Assembly (NCBI RefSeq): GCF_018350175.1
Contig: NC_058377.1
Span: 100,626,001 to 100,690,000, forward strand
DNA: 64,000 nucleotides
Direction: 5' to 3'
DNA from: Felis catus
Lineage: Eukaryota
In this document: positions 25,690 to 38,039 of the stretch, piece after piece
How positions within the stretch are numbered: position 1 is the stretch's first letter
Layout of the letters: every line of letters begins with the position of its first letter
Position numbers and translations under genes: made by a program
Notes under the pieces: generated by a model
Told to the model about the DNA's origin: nothing
What the model saw: only the letters and a program-made list of their open reading frames with translations
The model's database searches: none

Positions 25690-25930
25690 TTGAAGAAAAA
25701 AATCCCTCAAGTTTGTTTTCATGACACAGTTCCTCAGGTGCAGAGAATTCAGTCATCGGGGCCCAGGAGGAATTTCTAATGACAGATTCCTAAGTCACAC
25801 GCAATGTTAATTGTGGCTTGCATGCTGTTTATAATCCAGATCATATGTATCCTCACTGCACTTGGTCTGATAACTCAGATCTAAAGGAAATCTACATGGT
25901 GGACTTATGATTTGGGGAAGGTAAATCCAA
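25690..25930 (+). promoter_or_regulatory. Candidate promoter and first exon of gene 3
   Basis: O/E-like ttcctcaggtg and gcccaggagg, a TAATGA homeodomain core near 25777, an AAG-GTAAAT donor at 25921; similar to 4230-4381. Confidence 0.4.
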
Positions 25931-27104
25931 ACTCCTCAGAAAGAAGTCAGTGCGGTAGAATAAAAGAAATGTAGTTTTATAATGCATAGTCTATTAAGTA
26001 TTATTCATGTGAGCTTGGACATCTCTAGGAGTAATTTAGAGGATGAAAATATAGACCGTGATTTGATCCCTGTGGGTATAAAAAATACGCCGCTTGACTT
26101 CAGACTGTCACTCGGAACATATGACTTCTCGTCGTTTGTGTGAATGTTGCTTGAGTGATTGGTGTCAGTTGTCTCTGAAATGATACAAGGTTTTTTTTTT
26201 TTGTTTTTTTTGTTTTTTTTCTGAGAATGGTTAACGAGTTATGCCGAGTGAAATGTGAATTCAAGAAGCTGAAATGAAATAGCAGAGGCGAATGACTAGA
26301 ATTTCAGGGAGGAAAGAAAAACACTGAAAAGAAGAAATACGCATGGATCCACAGCAAAGTGGAGGAACGTGTGTGGTGAATTACTTCTCCTCCCTTCCCG
26401 TTTTTTGCCTGAATGTGTGCTATCAACTAAATTTACTTTTGCCTCCGTGTTATAGCTAACAGACTGACTGTCATTTAAAGTTAAATACAGGCATCTTCTC
26501 TGAATTTTATAGCCTAATTTGTTTTGAGCTTGGGGCAGCGATAAATTCAAAGAGCTGCCCATTGAGAGTGTAATATGACATTCGAAAGAGACAGGCAGAC
26601 AGTGAAAGGGAAATGACGCTTAGGTGGATAGCAAATTTCAAATGAAAAAAATAAAAGGACTCTTAGAAGTCTCGCTGGAAAGTTGATAAAGTATTGATCT
26701 AGAAGAAACGGATTCACAGGTCACCAAGGAAAATGATAAAACTCAAATTCAGAGGACAAGTACACTCCCTCCAGTAACCACTATTATGATAACTGATTTC
26801 TCCTTTCTCCTTTAACAACAACAACAAATATCCCCAAGCGTTATGTTAACTGAATACCCTCCTCAGGTCATTGAAAAATCAAATGAAAGTATCTCAAAAC
26901 TTGAGTCTCTGTTTACCTTACCTCTGTTTATTTTTCTTGCCCTCCCTTATTGACTGCAATAACTGTAATGACAATAATTTCAATTATTTTAGACCATTTG
27001 AAATCATTGCCATTATTTCTTTTAATCACTTACAAACATTTACTGATTATTGGTTAAATAATGGTAGCCTGTATTTGACAAGAGACAGAACAAAGATAAA
27101 ATAG

Positions 27105-27300
27105 TTAGAAATATTTATTGAGTCCCTACCATGTGCTGGGTGACTTACCCATTTTATCCAATTAATTCTCACAACAGTGTTGGGAGGTAAACGTGCTCAC
27201 CAGCGATGGACTCATCCATTGGCAGTATGATGGTCTGAGGAAAAACAGTACATGCCAAAGATCATACAGATTAGACGGCTAAAATTCAAAATTAAATTTG
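27105..27300. mobile_element. MIR fragment
   Basis: atatttattgagtccctaccatgtgctggg...ctcacaacag MIR motif. Confidence 0.55.
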
Positions 27301-28756
27301 TGCCAGCACTTCTTAACTATTTCAAGGCAGAATATAAAACAGTCTCCCCATCCTTCAGGAATCTAGGATTACAAAAAACAAGAACATATAGGGTTTATTT
27401 TGGCATAGGGCAAAAATGGAAATATTGGGGTCAGTGAGACAATCTTCTAAGTAATTACGATATCAAATATTTATCGAGTAAACACTAAGTACCAGTAACT
27501 GTGGTAACTATGTAACATTTTGCTAAGTGCATTGCAAAGTGAGATATATATTATTTCAGATTTTGACTGTACTATTTGCGTGTATGGTCTTGGGCTAATT
27601 ATTTAATTTCTCTATGAGTCAGCTTCCTTTTTAATAATAAAATCAGTTTGTTAGTGATATTTCCTTGTGAGAATTATTGTGAGGGTTTAAAACTTTATGG
27701 TAGGCACATGGGAATGCTCAAATTGGAAGGTAATATAAGAACTATTAGACTTACTGATAGCATAGTAAAATAACGGAATGGGTCCATAGGCTCGTTCATG
27801 GCAGTCAGAATATAAACCCAAGCAAGTTCACCTCATTATGTTCAAGGTTTCCCCAAACTTTAACAAGAGCAGACAACCCAAGGGTTGCAAAATCTTAACC
27901 AAAATGCAAAATCTTAACCAAAACAGATAAATTATCAAGACTGGATTTATCCTTTTTAGGATGGGGACCCCGAGTACAAATGCCTAAAGGGAGGGAAGAG
28001 CTATAGCAGAGAATAAATTACAAACTCTTTTTTTCTAACCACTGCTCTTACAAAGGGACTATTTGTGGCTAGCATCACTCCTCATGTATGAGAGCATCAC
28101 AAGATTCAGTGCATTTTATTCACTTACGTGAGCATAATGTTCTTCCTCTTGATAATTGGGCTACATATGCAGGAGAGAGGAACAGAGGGAGTTTATGGTT
28201 TCGTTTGAGTATTTTCTGTATGGTATAGACTTAGAGACTTTGGCTTCATTCATCATCTCTTTGGCCATCTGCATACCAAAATTATAATAGTTGAAAGGGT
28301 TTAAGGACCATGATTTTGGAGGTTATTTGGTTTTGCATGAAATAATAAGAGAAAGGGGTTTTAAACATTACATTTCTTCTGTTGCTTTGATTCTATACCC
28401 TTTATGTATGAACTCAGGCTCTAGATTCAGAAAACTCTGGTTTCAAATTCTGTTTTGCTAAATACTAGTTGGATATTCTATGCATACTTTATCAGGAAAG
28501 CTTCTAACTAATTTCTATCTCCGGAAGGTGTTATTACTCTTGTATGTGTGTCAAACTGCGCTTAATACTATATTCATTTAGATGGTGTTTTTTTCAAAGT
28601 CCTCATTCATCTATTTTTAAATTTGAAATTCAGAACTCTCTGATTTATTTAGGGAACAAATAATTTGTCTACATTTTAGACAGTTGAAAGTATTGAGGGG
28701 AATGAAGTTCAGAGGTCACACTTAAAATTGATAACTGAATCAAAAGTAGAAACTAG

Positions 28757-28881
28757 TGGCAAACCTGGGTGGCTCAGTCAGTTGAACCACCAACTTTTGA
28801 TTTCAGCTCAGGTTATAATGTCATGGTTCGTGGGATCGAGCCCCATGTTGGGCTCTGTGGTGAACATGGAACCTCCTTGGG

Positions 28882-28915
<34 letters not shown>

Positions 28916-28973
28916 CCTCTCCTGTTCATGCACACTCTCTCCCTCTCTCAAAATAAATAAATAAACATTAAAA
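28757..28973 (+). mobile_element. Can-SINE
   Basis: SINEC body, (CT)n tract; TSD aga.actag. Confidence 0.88.
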
Positions 28974-29545
28974 GAGAGACTAGAGATCTTCTTGCACTCT
29001 AAAATTGAGAAGCTAGAAATATAGGTGGTAATTTATACTTGGTGAAACACACAAGTTTGGGAACATTGAAATGAAAGAAAAGGAAGGGAAATTAAGTGCT
29101 TCCTATGGACCCAAGAATAAAGAAAATTGGAAATTGAACCATATATTTAGCAATATTGTTTGGTTAGAAGGTTAGGCCTAATTTAGTTAGTTGGAAAACT
29201 GATTTTGTATCGAGTGAAAACAGATTGATTTTGTCTGCATAATCCAACAACTAGTTTGTACAGAGAATTAATTTCATGTTTGAAGCAAAATTTTCCTGCG
29301 TAGTTTTGGCAGAGGGGAAGAAGAAAAACAATTCAGGTGATTATTCATTTCTATGTACATGATTAAAATGATGGTTTTATTTATGCTCATTCAAATAAAC
29401 AAGCAATTACTTTAAGAATTGGCTGAACCAATATTTTAAATGTTATTTTTAAGATTGTATATTTGTTTACATGTAAGAAGCCATTACGATGGCATCATTG
29501 GAGTCATGAAAACTTACTTTTCAATGGTTCTTTCTAAGCTAACTC

Positions 29546-29755
29546 TTTTTTTTTTCTTAAAGTTTATTTATTTTGAGAGGGACAAAGCATGCATGCAAGT
29601 GGGGGAGGGACAGGGAGAGAGAGGGAGAGAGAGAATCCCAAGCAGGCTCTGCACCGTCAGCCCAGAGTCCAATGTGGGGCTTGAACTCATGAACCAGGAG
29701 ATCATGAACTGACCCCAAATCCAATGCTTACCCAACTGAGCCATGCAGGCACCCC
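29546..29755 (-). mobile_element. Can-SINE
   Basis: TSD taagctaact. Confidence 0.9.
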
Positions 29756-30020
29756 TCTGTAAGCTAACTGCAAATCTTAGAATTGTACCAAAGAAATAAA
29801 TTCATTTGTTTTAAGGCCCTTTTGTAAATGAATGTTTACATTCATTTTCTTTAAAAGAGAGTGATGGGAGAATTTAAAAATTAATTGAGAAATTGTCGCT
29901 ACAAGATTAGAGCAGAAGATATATCACAAAATGTAAAGAAAGATGATAGGTATTAGAGATGCATTTTGAGGTCAAAATTTATACACAAAACAATTGGATC
30001 ATGTGGTTACCATTCTATGT

Positions 30021-30218
30021 TCTTTTTTTTTTCTTTTTTAAAGTTTATTTATTTATTTACTTATTTACTTGTTTGGAGAGCGTGAGCCGGGGACGAGGGA
30101 GAGAGAGAATCCCAAGCAGACTCAGTGCTGACAGCCTGTTCATGGGCTTGATCCCACAAACTGTGAGCTCATGACCTGAGCCAAAATCAAGAATCAGACT
30201 CAGCCACCCAGGCACCCC
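30021..30218 (-). mobile_element. Can-SINE
   Basis: SINEC body ending ggcacccc. Confidence 0.88.
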
Positions 30219-30419
30219 TGTCATTTTTTCATTAGCCCAGAGGCCCCAAGTAAGTTAGCAGAAAGTATGGCCAACCCCAACTAACTTGCATGCCTTTTCA
30301 CATATCAAATCTTGTAGGTTTAGCATAATTGCTGAATGATAAAGAGATTGAGATTGAACCTACCCTTATTCCTTCTATGTATTTTCTATATACTTTGTTA
30401 AAAACCTTTTTTTTAAAGA

Positions 30420-30658
30420 TTTTATTTATTTATTTATTTTTTTAATTTTTTTTTTCAACGTTTATTTATTTTTGGGACAGAGAGAGACAGAGCATGAACG
30501 GGGGAGGGGCAGAGAGAGAGGGAGACACAGAATCGGAAACAGGCTCCAGGCTCCGAGCCATCAGCCCAGAGCCCAACACGGGGCTGGAACTCACGGACCG
30601 CGAGATCGTGACCTGGCTGAAGTCGGACGCTCAACCGACTGCGCCACCCAGGCGCCCC
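30420..30658 (-). mobile_element. Young SINEC_Fc nested in the tail of an older SINE
   Basis: CpG-rich, near-consensus body; TSD aagattttatt. Confidence 0.95.
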
Positions 30659-30766
30659 AAGATTTTATTTTTTTTAAATAATTTCTATGCCTAAGATGGA
30701 GCTTGAACTCACAACCCCAAGAGCAAGAGTCGCATGCTTTACTGACTGAGCCAGCCAGGCACCTCC
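30659..30766 (-). mobile_element. Short old Can-SINE (host of the nested insertion)
   Basis: aagagtcgcatgctttactgactgagccagccaggcacc; TSD tattttctatatacttt at 30380 and 30768. Confidence 0.8.
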
Positions 30767-30801
30767 GTATTTTCTATATACTTTTAATTAAAATCACTCC
30801 T

Positions 30802-31033
30802 ATTTATTTATTTTTTAAATTTTTTAATGTTTATTTATTTCTGAGGCAGAGAGAGACAGACAGAGCATGAGTGCGGGAGGGACAGAGAGATAGGGAGACA
30901 CAGAATCAGAAGCAGGCTCCAGGCTCCGAGCTGTCAGCACAGAGCCTGACGTGGGGCTTGAACTCAGGGAGTGTGAGATCATGACCTGAGCCGAAGTCAG
31001 TTGCTCAACCGAGTGAGCCACCCACACGCTCCC
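30802..31033 (-). mobile_element. Can-SINE
   Basis: TSD aaatcactcctattta. Confidence 0.93.
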
Positions 31034-32300
31034 AAATCACTCCTATTTAAAACAAAATGATTTGGTTAGTACAGGTCTCAAAGTTATTTTACCATTCTAA
31101 ATAATCCACTTTCTACATGGGAGTAATATTTATTGGACTTAATTATTGACAACTTTACTGATTTGGTAACACTAGCACTAATATAATAAAATCAGCAATG
31201 AAAACTCCTACGCTTAATAAAGCAAGAGCCATTTTTTTGATTGTTTGAGTTAGTTTCTCCGCGGTTTTGTGGCAAAGTTCAGGCAGATTTACTTATTTTA
31301 CAAGTGAGACTCTTTAAGTTGAAAAAAAAAAGTTGGTAGGTATCTAAATTCACAGACTCGTATAATTAGTAATGGAGCCTGGGTCTCAACCGTTTGTTTT
31401 CCATATAAACACTTCCCAAAAGTATTTTCTTTGAGTTATGTGGCAACAAGATTCTTTGGCAAAGGGCATGCATGAGACGAGTATGGGAAAGAAATTCGTA
31501 CTATAATTCAAACCACTGTGAAGAAAATGACTTGCAAATTATGATACACTGAGTCAAGAGCAAAACCATAAAGGTGAAACTGACTCCTGCTTTTCTTTTC
31601 AGTTTTAACTTTGCTTCATTCTGTGGTTAAGTATGTGATTTTTATTGACGTGCCTATGGAAATAAGTGTACTTTTGATATAAAATACCATCATCTTACTG
31701 TCACGAATCACTAAGACAAAGATAAACAAGCCATCCAAAAAAAGTATTCAAACCAATTCAGGGGCCTCCTGCCAAGAATTGTTTGTCTTTCACTTTGTAA
31801 AAGTATATGTATCATATATGAATCATTAGTTGTATTTTCTACCTCATTCTGAGGCTATTTGGGGGAAGCATATATTTTACTAGTGACCACTGTCAAGCTT
31901 CACGTTTACTTCTATATCATTTAACAAAAACTTTGATGACTTATACTTGCATTTTTGACAAATCTGAGTTTGTCAGGGACCCAGAGATATGTCCTTTACA
32001 AAGACTTAGCTGTATAGTCCTTTAGAATTGGAAAACATTTGGCGACTACTAAGAATTTTTACACTTCTTTTTAAAAAAATTTACTGATTAACTGCATTAA
32101 TTTTTATTAATGTCAAGATTGAACCTAATGTCCCGAAAGACTGACCTATGGAAATCATCATGAGATTAATTGGAAAAAAAATATTACATATTAGATTTTA
32201 TTTTCCCAAACGCTGGGATCATATCCATTAAATATACCTTCATGATATTAGTGCCATCATCTATATTCCCCATACACGTTTCTGACACTGACTTGTGTGT

Positions 32301-32313
32301 TATGTCTTCCCAG
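32301..32313 (+). promoter_or_regulatory. Putative splice acceptor of the gene 3 coding exon
   Basis: tatgtcttcccAG ends 32 nt before ATG 32346. Confidence 0.6.
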
Positions 32314-32345
32314 GGGGCTGTTATGCATTCTTACTGTACTGGATC

Positions 32346-33274
32346 ATGGGAAATAGAAACAACGTCACCGTGTTTATTCTCTTGGGACTCTCTCAAAACA
32401 AGAACGTTGAAATCCTCTGCTTTATATTATTTTCATTTTGCTACGTTGCCATTTGGATGGGCAATCTGCTCGTAATGATTTCCATCACATGCACTCCACT
32501 CATTAACCAACCTATGTATTTCTTCCTTAATTGTCTCTCACTTTCTGACCTTAGCTACACATCAACAGTGACACCCAAACTTCTGATTGATTTGCTGGCA
32601 GAGAGGAAGACCATTTCCTACAGTAACTGCATGACACAGCTCTTTATCCTCCACTTTCTCGGAGGCATCGAGATCTTCATCCTCACGGGGATGGCCTATG
32701 ACCGCTATGTGGCCATCTGCAGGGCCCTGCACTACACGGTCATCATGAGCAGACAGAGGTGCAACACAATCATCACAGCCTGCTGCACGGGGGCATTTCT
32801 ACACTCTGCCAGCCAGTTCCTTCTCACCATCTTCTTACCCTTCTGTGGCCCCAATGAGATAATCACTACTTCTGCGACGTGTATCCTCTCCTGAAACTGG
32901 CCTGCACTGACACGTACAGAATTGGCGTCTTGGTAATTGTCGATTCAGGTCTGATTGCCTTACTGGCTTTTGTGATTTTGATGGCGTCCTATTTTCTGAT
33001 TCTGTACACCATCAGGGCTTACCCTGCAGAGAGCCGCGCCAAAGCTCTGTCCACCTGTAGTTCCCATGTCACAGTTGTGATTCTGTTCTTTGCACCTGTT
33101 CTCTTCATTTATATTCGACCAGCCGCGACACTTCCAGAAGACAAAGTGTTTGCTCTCTTCTACACCATCATTGCCCCCATGTTCAACCCTCTGATCTACA
33201 CGCTGAGAAACATGGAGATGAAGGATGCCATGAAGAAAATTTGGTTTCGTTATTTGTTCTTGGAAGGGAAGTAA
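32346..33274 (+). pseudogene. OR4P4-like olfactory receptor with a 1-bp deletion frameshift (gene 3)
   Basis: Two track ORFs (32295-32894, 32879-33274) join into one OR. GAG ATA GAT CAC in gene 1 reads GAG ATA -AT CAC here (G missing after 32861). Restoring it gives 930 nt / 309 aa, the same as gene 1. The conserved PLHY is also changed to ALHY. Confidence 0.88.
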
Positions 33275-33439
33275 CTTCTACACAAAGCGTTCTAGAATTT
33301 CACGTTAGAGCTCCATCCTGACCCTAGAATTAATAAGAAATGACATACAGAGAGTGTATAGTGATTGCAAAGCCAGCCTCAGGTTGGAGCTCAGAAACTT
33401 TAGCATTTTCAAGACTTCTCCTGATTGGACAATTTTATT

Positions 33440-33612
33440 ATTTTTTAAGATGTTTTTTCTTTTTTTTTAATTTATGTATTATTGGTATACAGTATCCTAT
33501 TCATTTCAGGTGTACATCACAGTGATTCAATGTTTTTATACATTTTGAAATGATCCCCAGAGTAAGTCTAATTACCATCTGTCACCATACGAAATGAATA
33601 CAATATTATTGA
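33440..33612 (-). mobile_element. Short L1 3' end just downstream of gene 3
   Basis: ttcaggtgtacatcacagtgattca...accatctgtcaccatac; TSD tgattggaca. Confidence 0.8.
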
Positions 33613-34888
33613 TGATTGGACAGTTTTCATTTATGTTTTTCAATTCATTCTTCCTCCATTCTCCTCAAATACCTGTCCCAAGTTCTCCTTAATATGATAG
33701 TTTATTGTGAACGTGTAACGAACCCTTACTTCCCTCCTCTGGACTTCCACTGTCACTAAAGTGTACTCCTATTGACAGAAACTGATAAGTCTCCTGGTAG
33801 ATAAGAAATATAGGTAGATTTTACTCCTGGCATCTCAGAGGAGAGCATATAAAAGTAGGTTTTTGAGCTGAGGGAAATAGGTACATGAGCTGTACAGCAT
33901 TCATAAACACTCTTTTGTATCGTATTTGAACTTTATGAAAGGAACTTATATTTATATTTTCAATGAACAAGATGCTGCTGCTAAGGTAGTCTCACTCTCT
34001 TCCTCCCAAAAAAGAAACAGAGCATCCTCAACATTCTGGACGAAGTTAATTCCAATGTTAGTTTCCTTTCTAGGTCATGTTATAATCCTCCCTAGAAAAT
34101 CTGTAACACTAAGAACAGATTGTAAAATTACTCAATACATTGCTACATTGCTTCGACTGTCATGAGATATCTCATGATAACTGGTAATGAGATTTTAGTT
34201 AACTTTTATGACTTTATTTCTTGTCCTTTTTATTCATTCTTTCCCTTAATTTCAGGTTGACCTTTATTATTGGGGTTCTTTTTCTACTAATGTGAACCAA
34301 ATCATCATTCCTGATATTCTGTGTCTTTAATGATCTTGTCATTTTTCTTTTTCTTTTTTTAAAGTACTTTTTACTATTAGCTATGGAACTTTTAAGAGAT
34401 GCCCTGGGTTCCAGATATTGGTCATCCATGCACCATTGTGTCAAACAAACAAATCTGACCTTATCATCAATACCAATCGCGCCAGCCCTTTTGTCTTTTG
34501 GTTTCGTAGAGGCAGGAGGAGCCCAAAATATCCAAGTGACAACTTCACTTTCCACTTCAATAAAATAATTGTTGTGTTCCCTGATGAAAGCATAACCTCT
34601 ATAGGTAAAACCTATAAACCTGCTGAGCTGAAAAATGCTGGCACAGGGAGCAAACAAATTCTATAATGATTTTAGTATAATAATAAAGGAGGTCCTTGCA
34701 TACACACTTTTATTCCATAAAATTCTATAACTGTTTTTATCATGACTATGGATTAAATAAAATCATATATTGGTTAACACATCCTTAAATACAGAACTCC
34801 AGCTTTTCAGCATGCTGTTTCTGAATTGACACTGTTCAGTAAGCCACTTACTCACTGCTTCTGATCCGTTACTTAAGAGAAATGGGTT

Positions 34889-35284
34889 GTGAATTGTTTG
34901 CTAGGGCTACCATAGCAAAATGCCACAGACTGTGTGACTTAAACAAAAATATATTATTTTTGGGCAGTTCTGGAGTCTGGAAGTCCAAGGTCAAAGTGCT
35001 GGCAGGTGTAGTATCTCCAAAGATCTGTGTCCTTGGCTTGTAGATGACTGCCTTCTCTGTGTGTCCTCACATGGTCTTCTCTCTGTGCACAGATATTCCT
35101 GGCACTTTTTCTGGTTGTCCAAATTTTCTCTTATAAGGATACCTGTAATACTGGATTAAGGCCCACCCTAAAGGCCTCATTGTAACTTAATTGCCTCCTT
35201 AAAGACCTTACCTCTAAATAATCACATTCTGAGTTACTTGGATTCAACATATGAATTTTCAAAACCACAGTTCAGTCTATAACA
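34889..35284. mobile_element. MaLR solo LTR (MLT1A-C-like)
   Basis: tgt...ctagggctaccatagcaaaatgccacagactg...cagttctggagtctggaagtccaagg...tcacattctgag...tataaca. Confidence 0.85.
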
Positions 35285-35337
35285 GGGTATGTAGTAGGAT
35301 CAGTGAATTCCTGTGTATATGTCCACTACCATGCTTC

Positions 35338-35555
35338 TTTTTCAATTTTTGTAATGCTTATTTTTATTATTTTGAGAGAGAGAGAGCGCGCGCACTGGGG
35401 AGGGGCAGAGAGAGAGGGAGACACAGAATTTGAATCAGGCTTCAGGGTCTGAGCTGTCAGCACAGAGCCCAACATGGGGCTTGAACTCGTGGACTGTGAG
35501 ATCGTGACCTGAGCCAAAGTCAGACGCTTAACCAACTGAGCCACTCAGGTGCCCC
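35338..35555 (-). mobile_element. Can-SINE
   Basis: TSD ctaccatgcttcttt. Confidence 0.93.
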
Positions 35556-35842
35556 TACCATGCTTCTTTTACTCTGAAATAAAGTACTTGATCAGAATCA
35601 ATCCTAAGTGAAATAACGTGGTGGCGAATAAGACATTCCATAAGTCGATGCATTGTGCTGCTTGTACAAGCATTATAAGCAAGAAAGACGAATCCATATC
35701 CAGAATAAGTGTCTATTTATGTGAACACAAATTCTGTTTCTTCCATGTTGGAAGGTTTTCAGTGTAATCCACTTGCTACCACAAGACTGAGTAACTGAGT
35801 AGTCTCCCTGAAGAATGTACATGTTGAGCACTCAATGTTGGT

Positions 35843-36190
35843 GTGACAGACAGTAACTTCTAAAGATGGCCACAGCAGTATTTCCTAATTAGTCCATATG
35901 GAGAGACCATATGAGGAATTTTACGGCCAGCAGCTCGTCTGATGTCTGGGCTCAGAACCAGTGTCAATTGCCAGACATGTAAGTCAAGATGGCCCCAGAT
36001 GACTTCAGCTGCTAGCTAGTGAGCACCCCTCACCTTTGAGTTTTGTCATCTGAGACCCAAGACATCATGGAGCATAGCCAAGCCATCCTCACTATGTCTA
36101 AATTCCTGATCCATAGAGTCCAAGTGCATAATAAATTGGTTGTTTTACACCACTAAATTTGGGGTTGCCTTACATAGTCATAACTACAAA
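35843..36190 (+). mobile_element. MaLR LTR (MLT1G/H-like)
   Basis: ctaaagatggcc start; 3' end aattcctgatccatagagtcc...ttgttttacaccactaaatttggggt. Confidence 0.7.
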
Positions 36191-37720
36191 GTAGTCACAG
36201 AAGCCAGATGAACCTTCATGAGGTAAATTTCATATTGCTCATCCCTAGCAATAGCATTCATAGGGATGCTTTCTAGGCCACAATGGCCACTTTAGACCTA
36301 GACCAAAGAGTTTGAACTTGTAGCTGGGAAAAGAGGATGGCTGAGATCCATGAAACATATAATCTTGTCTACCATCATTAAGAAGTTCCTCTGCAGTAGA
36401 CACCGATGTGTATGACTCACATTTTGTCTATTCATATATCCACATCTTCTACTCATGCTTTCTAAATCTCTAAACACCAGTAAAACCATTAACGACTGCC
36501 ATGAATTGGAACAGATCTATGCCTCTAGTTATCTCTTGGTCTGTACAAAGTAGACAACAAGATGAAGTGGCTAAGCTTTTGCCAACTAAGAAGGTCTTCC
36601 TTAACCCCTATCATTTTGGGGACATTCATATTCGGGGATTTAATGCTACAACATTCTATTCCAGTTGGTGCCAAGTTTCCATGTAGAACTAAACATAAAC
36701 AGAGAGAATCATATATTTCCTTTGCAGCCAGCTCCCCATAAAGCTACATGTGCTGACTGAGACAAAAGAGATGAGATCACAGGAAATCTCCTCAACGTTT
36801 CTTGAGCCTATCAGACCTTAAGGAAATAAACATCATGGTACCAGGAAATAACTGAGGTGATGTTGTTATATAATCCCCAGGCCACGGGAATCTCTGCTAC
36901 TCTGGAAAGGAGTAAGAAGCAGATTCTGCTTGTACAGAGGTTTCAGGGCATTTGGGTGCTCAAAAGTCTCAGATTCAACCCCAAACGTCACTATCTTAGA
37001 TTGCAGTTTCATTTTCCTTTTTTAGGCTTCTATTGTTGACTTAAGAGACCATAAAGGCCGTACTTTTCTGTTCCCTTGACAGCCTGCCCTGCTGTGCTTG
37101 TGATCAAATCCTTCATTTTCCTCAGGGTCTGTGTTTTGTCTTCTGGAGACCAGAGCTACGACAGAAAACCTCTCATCCTGATAAGTTGTGTAGGCGAAGT
37201 AATAGCTACTCTATACTTTATATAAGGTTTCTGATACCAACAACAGAAGGCAGGGCATTTCACAATCCTTATAATTTTGTGCTTCTCACACCACACCCCT
37301 TTCAAGCTCCACAGACATTGTGAATCCCAATACATCAATGATGTTTGTGGAAAATCAGTAAATTTTTTTTTTGCGTGGAAAATAAGAAAAATGTTCTCTT
37401 CAAACATAAGGTCAAAATTGTCAATAGCAGAAGCATTATAAGAGTTTTCTCTCAAATTACTAATTTATATGTTCTTCCACTTAATAACTATTTTTTTCTA
37501 CAGATAGGAATAACCAGCTTGTATGGTGTTCAGTCTTATTCAGACTATGGCTGCTCCAACACAACCAAATTCCTCACTTTTTTTCTAAATTAGTCAGCAT
37601 ACTCTTCTTCTCCAATCCTGACCACAACCTATGCATCATTTTCAGGCACATTCAGTCTGCCCCAATTCTTTACTCATATTTTGCGCCCAGAAAGTCCCCA
37701 GTTACGCTTTGCATAATCTA

Positions 37721-38039
37721 CAATTGACCCTTGAATAATGTGGGGATTAGGGATGTGTACAACTTTTGGCCACACATCCCCTCAAACTTAACTACTAATA
37801 GCCTACTGTTGCCTGGAAGCCTTACCAATAACATGAACAGTCAATTAGCACATAATTTTGTATGTTATACATGTTACATATGTCATATACTGTATTATTA
37901 TAATAAAGTCAGCTAGTTCTTAGGGAAATCCTAAGGAAGAGAAAATACACTTATAGTATTGTAATATATTTATTGAAAAAAAAATCCGCATATAAATGAA
38001 CTCACATAGTTCAAGCCCATGTTGTGCAGGTGTCGATGG
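37721..38039. mobile_element. Tigger2-derived non-autonomous DNA transposon (Tigger2a/MER28-like)
   Basis: TA-flanked; degenerate TIRs caattgacccttgaataa / gttgtgcaggtgtcgatgg; internal aacttaactactaatagcctactgttg motif. Confidence 0.85.

Larger units (their letters stand above)
34200..37700 (-). mobile_element. Decayed ERVL-class provirus internal region (gag, RNase H, integrase, dUTPase relics) with nested insertions
   Basis: Minus-strand translations with frameshifts: GYFGLLLPL...AGAIGID (dUTPase-like, ~34440-34560), SGHCG (integrase zinc-finger region, ~36280), VVNGFTG and VSTAEELLND (RNase H region, ~36370-36510). Boundaries approximate. Confidence 0.6.

Noticed and set aside
32295-32894. 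199-aa and 131-aa ORFs as two separate genes
   Set aside because: They are two halves of one frameshifted OR; the track starts are non-ATG codons, the first upstream of the acceptor.
34214-34657. 147-aa minus-strand ORF as a novel gene
   Set aside because: Non-ATG start, and it overlaps a frameshifted ERVL dUTPase relic and an A-rich tract.
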